Positions 42,814 through 46,216 of a stretch of 46,216 nt of DNA are shown piece by piece. The DNA comes from a virus (Duplodnaviria > Caudoviricetes): positions 1 through 46,216 of the IMG/VR virus record IMGVR_UViG_3300032212_000027; one strand, 5' to 3'. The position numbers and the translations under genes are program-made. The notes under the pieces were generated by a model. That model did no database searches and was not told the DNA's origin. It saw only the letters and a list, made by a program, of their open reading frames with translations. Position 1 is the first letter of the stretch; each line of letters opens with the position of its first letter.

Positions 42814-44967
42814 TTAGAACAGTTTGGTAATTGCTTCTTCAATGGTTTCTTTTGTCGGTTCTTTCCAGGTTGATGAGAAAGCGTAAACCAACAATGGGTT
42901 GTTTGTTTTGAGTTCACTACAAAGCTGGTCTATCTGCTTCTTGGTCTCTCGTTTTTGATCATCAAAATCACATGAGGACGACCAGGACATATACCTTTCC
43001 AAAGCCTTTGCGCTTCTCCTGTCTGCTTTAGAAATAAGCGCTTTTTGGTAGATACCATAGAGCTTCCACACAGGGCGGGTAGACCTAGGTTTGGTTTTTA
43101 TGTCGTATTTACTCATGTGGTTCACAAGAGAAAACATTCCCTGCATCTGTGTGCAGTCTGTTACATATTCAAATAGCTTGGCTTTTTTGATCCGAGCAAT
43201 GTATTGAGACTGGTTCTTTGCTGCTTCTTTTTTGGCTTCTTCATAGAAATTTTTCCAGTTTTTGTCGTTCTCCACCAGGTTTCTGTAGGTCGCTGGAATG
43301 AAGTAAACGTCTCCAGGAAGAATACATGAGGCTTGCAAAAGGCTGATTGCTTGATTTCCTACTTCTCCTCTGTTTGTTATTACATAGTAACCCCCATCAT
43401 CAGGAAGATCGGGTACTGACGATGTTTTTGTAGTAAAATCTGTGGGGTGTATATAGACTGATTCTAGTGTCTCTCTTTGTGCTTGAGTCACCATGCGGGG
43501 ACTAAAAGAGCTTGGAACCCTTTTTCCACCTGAAGCAGTGGCAGACCGTGTAACGGGCTTAGGGAGTTCAACTTCAGAAAGGCGTATAATCCTTTCTTTT
43601 GGGAAGTGAGCTACCCAAGGCTCATTAAGGTCGTCAAGTTCGCACCCTCGGAGAACTAGAACCATGTTAGGCGCAACCGGGACTTGGTTTTCCTCGAAAT
43701 ACTTCTTCAAACGTGCTCCAGTTTTAGGAGTTTTGCTCTGAACGTCGTCTATAGCAATGTACGTTCTAGGAAGACGAGACCTATCTATATGGAACTCGGT
43801 GTGGTTAGCGTTTCTAACTGCTATCCCTTTTTTTGACAGGTCATGTTCATAAAGATAACTAACGGTCCCTTGTTCAGGAAGCTTAGCAGATACCTGTGTG
43901 GTTATATCCTGCCCTTTGTATTTAAAGGTAGGCCTTACCCCTCCAGGAGAGCTTAAAAACTGAGAAATACCCGCTTTCATCAGCTTTGAGGTTGCTAGGA
44001 CAGCCTCTAAGTAGTTAGGCTCACTCTCGAGAACTTTTGACGCTTCTTTAGCAACGCCTTTCGAGAGCTGTTCCGCTTTAGCGGTGATAGCCTGGATAGC
44101 ACGTTCTGTGTACTGAAGGGACTCTCTTGATGGGTCGGGGATTAGTTCTCCTACATCAAACAACAGAGTGCCTGAAGTTCGCGAAAAGGCGTTATACACA
44201 GCAGTGTTGTTTTGTTCGCGAAAAGTCTTTGTGATATTAATAGGTACCCCTACCCCACCAACAATGGCGTACCAATTTCCCTCGTTTCTCCAGGATTGTA
44301 CGCTGCGCAAGGAGCCGACACCTTCGATCTGAAGGTAGTCAGGTTCTGGCCACTCAATTTCGCCTCCAGATACTATAGGACGCTGGGGGAAATACTGCAG
44401 TTGCTTTCGGACTGCTTCGGCTACTCTACTGATGTCGCCAGGTTTAATAGGGACAGACACCTCTACGCCATCAGGCTTACCGGTTAAGCCTTCGCTAAGA
44501 AGTGTTGTGCAGGGCTTTCCGTCTTCGTTTTTGTAGCAGGAGTACAGGCGTACTGTGCCTTCTTTGATGGCCTTGATAGACCACTGGTCAGACACAGCAT
44601 ACGGGGATTTGAACCCCAGGCCGAACCCCCCTATGGAGTCGTTGTCGGCGCGTTTTGTACTTGAGCCGTAGTCTCCTGCGATGTTTACTACACCTTCGTG
44701 ATCAAGACCTACCCCTTCGTCCCTGACTACAAAAGTAGGGTCAATCGGAGTAGGAAGCTTAATCCAACCAGGGGCGTCGCCTTTGCCCGCTTGTTTGTGG
44801 GAATCTACTACGTTTGAGTAGGTCTCGCGCACCATGGAACCAATCTTGTCGGAATAAAGACCGTCCGAAAGCATGGAAAACATGGTTGCGTCCATAATGA
44901 TGCCCTGCTCTTTCGAGGCCAGGACACCGGAAGTCTGCACTTCTCTGTTGGTTTTAGCGAGCTGCAT
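42814..44967 (-). CDS. rIIA: rIIA-like protein (N-terminal GHKL/HSP90-type ATPase)
   Basis: F..LSD.LYSDK....VRE..SN..DSH, VRDEGVGL, YG.STK...ND.IGGFGLG.KSP.A, P.PSRESL.Y; adjacent to rIIB. Confidence 0.88.
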   Translation of the reverse strand: MQLAKTNREVQTSGVLASKEQGIIMDATMFSMLSDGLYSDKIGSMVRETYSNVVDSHKQAGKGDAPGWIKLPTPIDPTFVVRDEGVGLDHEGVVNIAGDYGSSTKRADNDSIGGFGLGFKSPYAVSDQWSIKAIKEGTVRLYSCYKNEDGKPCTTLLSEGLTGKPDGVEVSVPIKPGDISRVAEAVRKQLQYFPQRPIVSGGEIEWPEPDYLQIEGVGSLRSVQSWRNEGNWYAIVGGVGVPINITKTFREQNNTAVYNAFSRTSGTLLFDVGELIPDPSRESLQYTERAIQAITAKAEQLSKGVAKEASKVLESEPNYLEAVLATSKLMKAGISQFLSSPGGVRPTFKYKGQDITTQVSAKLPEQGTVSYLYEHDLSKKGIAVRNANHTEFHIDRSRLPRTYIAIDDVQSKTPKTGARLKKYFEENQVPVAPNMVLVLRGCELDDLNEPWVAHFPKERIIRLSEVELPKPVTRSATASGGKRVPSSFSPRMVTQAQRETLESVYIHPTDFTTKTSSVPDLPDDGGYYVITNRGEVGNQAISLLQASCILPGDVYFIPATYRNLVENDKNWKNFYEEAKKEAAKNQSQYIARIKKAKLFEYVTDCTQMQGMFSLVNHMSKYDIKTKPRSTRPVWKLYGIYQKALISKADRRSAKALERYMSWSSSCDFDDQKRETKKQIDQLCSELKTNNPLLVYAFSSTWKEPTKETIEEAITKLF

Positions 44968-45191
44968 GGTGTGTTATCTCCTTGTTACAGCTGGTTTCTG
45001 GTAGCCACTGGGGGCAGGAATTTCACTGTCTCCCGCTTTTTCTTAGCGGTACACGACTCCTCTCCCTGCCCCTCTTTTCATCGTGCGTAGCTTTGGCCAT
45101 GCCACTGGCCTTCCCTTCGAGGTCGCAAACCCCCTAGTCACTGGCGTGACACGTCTCGTAAAGATCATGGGCTGTCCAATGTGTAACGACT

Positions 45192-45380
45192 TTAGAAAGC
45201 TGCGTCAAACACTGGGTTTGTAGCTGGGACTCCTCTGGACTCCAGCTCGTGGTTGATTTCCTGGATGATGAACTCCGCCTGGAGGTCATTGCGTAAAACG
45301 CGAGCGAGAAGGTCGGTTCTCCAGGTGTAAAGAGCGTCTAGCTGAAGCTCTTTTATTTCTGTCGCTTGGTCAGTCATCAT
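45192..45380 (-). CDS. Hypothetical protein
   Basis: ATGA-coupled to upstream gene. Confidence 0.65.
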   Translation of the reverse strand: MMTDQATEIKELQLDALYTWRTDLLARVLRNDLQAEFIIQEINHELESRGVPATNPVFDAAF

Positions 45381-45649
45381 CCTTCTTCCTGTTCAAGAGC
45401 GGCGAGGCACCCACTGCCCATTCGCATACGCACAATGCTTTCAATGGTATCGGGGTTTGACATGCAGTCTAACTCTACCGTCTGATCTAGCACCCAATCC
45501 AAAGCCTCCCGCAGCCTCTCCACCTCCTCGCACTTATCCAGATACGCTTGGGCGAGGTCGGGGCCGTGTTTTAGAACGAGCCGCCACGCTCCCGGATCGC
45601 GCTCCTCACACGATGCTATAAGCTGTTGTGCTTGTTCTTTGAGGGTCAT
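45377..45649 (-). CDS. Hypothetical protein (EVERLREAL coiled-coil motif)
   Basis: SD AAGGAG, ATGA coupling. Confidence 0.7.
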   Translation of the reverse strand: MTLKEQAQQLIASCEERDPGAWRLVLKHGPDLAQAYLDKCEEVERLREALDWVLDQTVELDCMSNPDTIESIVRMRMGSGCLAALEQEEG

Positions 45650-45816
45650 TGGTGTTCTCCTTGAGCGGCCTCAAGGGCTTGAATGCGGTCCTCTAAGTCG
45701 TGTATCCAAGCAACAACTTCGCAGGCGTCCAAAGAGCGTATCTTTTCCTCGGTCTGGCGCTCCCTCACGATTTGCTCCATAGGGCTGGAAGCGCCCTTTT
45801 CCTTTATGTCACTCAT
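45646..45816 (-). CDS. Hypothetical 56-aa protein (MSDIKEKG...RIQALEAAQGEHQ)
   Basis: SD GAGGGA; ATGA coupling on both sides. Confidence 0.65.
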   Translation of the reverse strand: MSDIKEKGASSPMEQIVRERQTEEKIRSLDACEVVAWIHDLEDRIQALEAAQGEHQ

Positions 45817-45846
45817 TGTGTTCCCTCGCTTTGCTCGGTGCGGTCC
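45729..45846. repeat. End-overlap repeat A' (= 1..118)
   Basis: Identical sequence. Confidence 0.95.
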
Positions 45847-46040
45847 TCGTTCCTGCGGCCTGTATACAGCCCGGCCTGAAAAGATATTGACCAGTGCCAC
45901 CACCCCAAAAAGACGCTAAAGCCAACGGTGCGAGGGTTAAAATGGGGGTGTGAGTGGTTTACAAAAATAATGGCGGGTAAGACTAGCTTTTCAACGTCAT
46001 CTGGCGATGCGTCTACGTGAACACGAAACCTCCACCTCAT
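45813..46040 (-). CDS. Hypothetical 75-aa Trp/Phe-rich protein (cassette allele 2)
   Basis: SD GGAGG, TGATG coupling, ends in the shared DRTEQSEGTQ. Confidence 0.55.
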   Translation of the reverse strand: MRWRFRVHVDASPDDVEKLVLPAIIFVNHSHPHFNPRTVGFSVFLGWWHWSISFQAGLYTGRRNEDRTEQSEGTQ

Positions 46041-46141
46041 CACTCGCCTCCCTGCGCGGCTTCGATCATGGCTTTCCATATTTTCGTCAAATCGTCGTCG
46101 CGGGGAGCGGACCGAACCGTAGGTGAGGCATCCCTATTCAT
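46040..46141 (-). CDS. 33-aa peptide MNRDASPTVRSAPRDDDLTKIWKAMIEAAQGGE (cassette allele 2)
   Basis: Translated by hand; same start as the allele-1 ORF; W.AM.EAA motif shared with 248..628. Confidence 0.45.
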   Translation of the reverse strand: MNRDASPTVRSAPRDDDLTKIWKAMIEAAQGGE

Positions 46142-46216
46142 CTTCACCTCCCGGCATTCCAAGAGCGGATAGAGGAATGAAGTGGGTGGGGTTTACAAAA
46201 AAGAACTCCCCGTCAG
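46104..46216. repeat. End-overlap repeat B' (= 218..330)
   Basis: Identical sequence. Confidence 0.95.

Larger units (their letters stand above)
1..46216 (-). mobile_element. Near-complete T7-like (Autographiviridae-type) phage genome, circularly permuted, apparently lytic
   Basis: Single-subunit RNAP plus T7-order replication, structural and packaging genes all on the minus strand; contig ends overlap; no integrase or repressor recognised. Confidence 0.95.

Noticed and set aside
42801-42917. Extended N-terminus of rIIB (similarly capsid 25855..25917, TerL 7461..7499, endolysin 7807..7836)
   Set aside because: Better SD-linked or overlap-coupled starts lie downstream

Overview
The window is essentially a complete, circularly permuted ~45.7-45.9 kb genome of a T7-like podophage (Autographiviridae-type), with almost all real genes on the minus strand. 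In transcription order it starts in a non-coding end/origin region (~4630-5555). Small early genes follow (4510 down to 1, wrapping to 46216 down to 45192), then rIIA/rIIB-like, GP88-like, ThyX and a single-subunit RNA polymerase. Next come SSB, endonuclease I, primase-helicase, DNA polymerase A, exonuclease and class II RNR. The late block is portal, scaffold, capsid, tail tubular A/B, internal virion proteins, a 1828-aa modular tail fibre, TerS, PhoH, an M15 endolysin and TerL. I see no integrase, repressor, ligase, tRNA or CRISPR array. The most notable signals are: (1) the contig ends carry two alternative in-frame gene cassettes between identical flanks; (2) a family of intergenic hairpins with a conserved 11-nt loop followed by a pyrimidine tract and RBS; (3) two distinct recurrent DNA motifs, a 3-copy candidate phage promoter (one directly upstream of the RNAP gene) and a 7-10-copy GTTA-N7-GTCA-like box at gene junctions; (4) an rIIA/rIIB pair in a T7-like phage; (5) a tail fibre with four repeated domains and an in-frame DNA repeat. 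All family assignments come from motif recognition by eye; no database searches or folding calculations were run.
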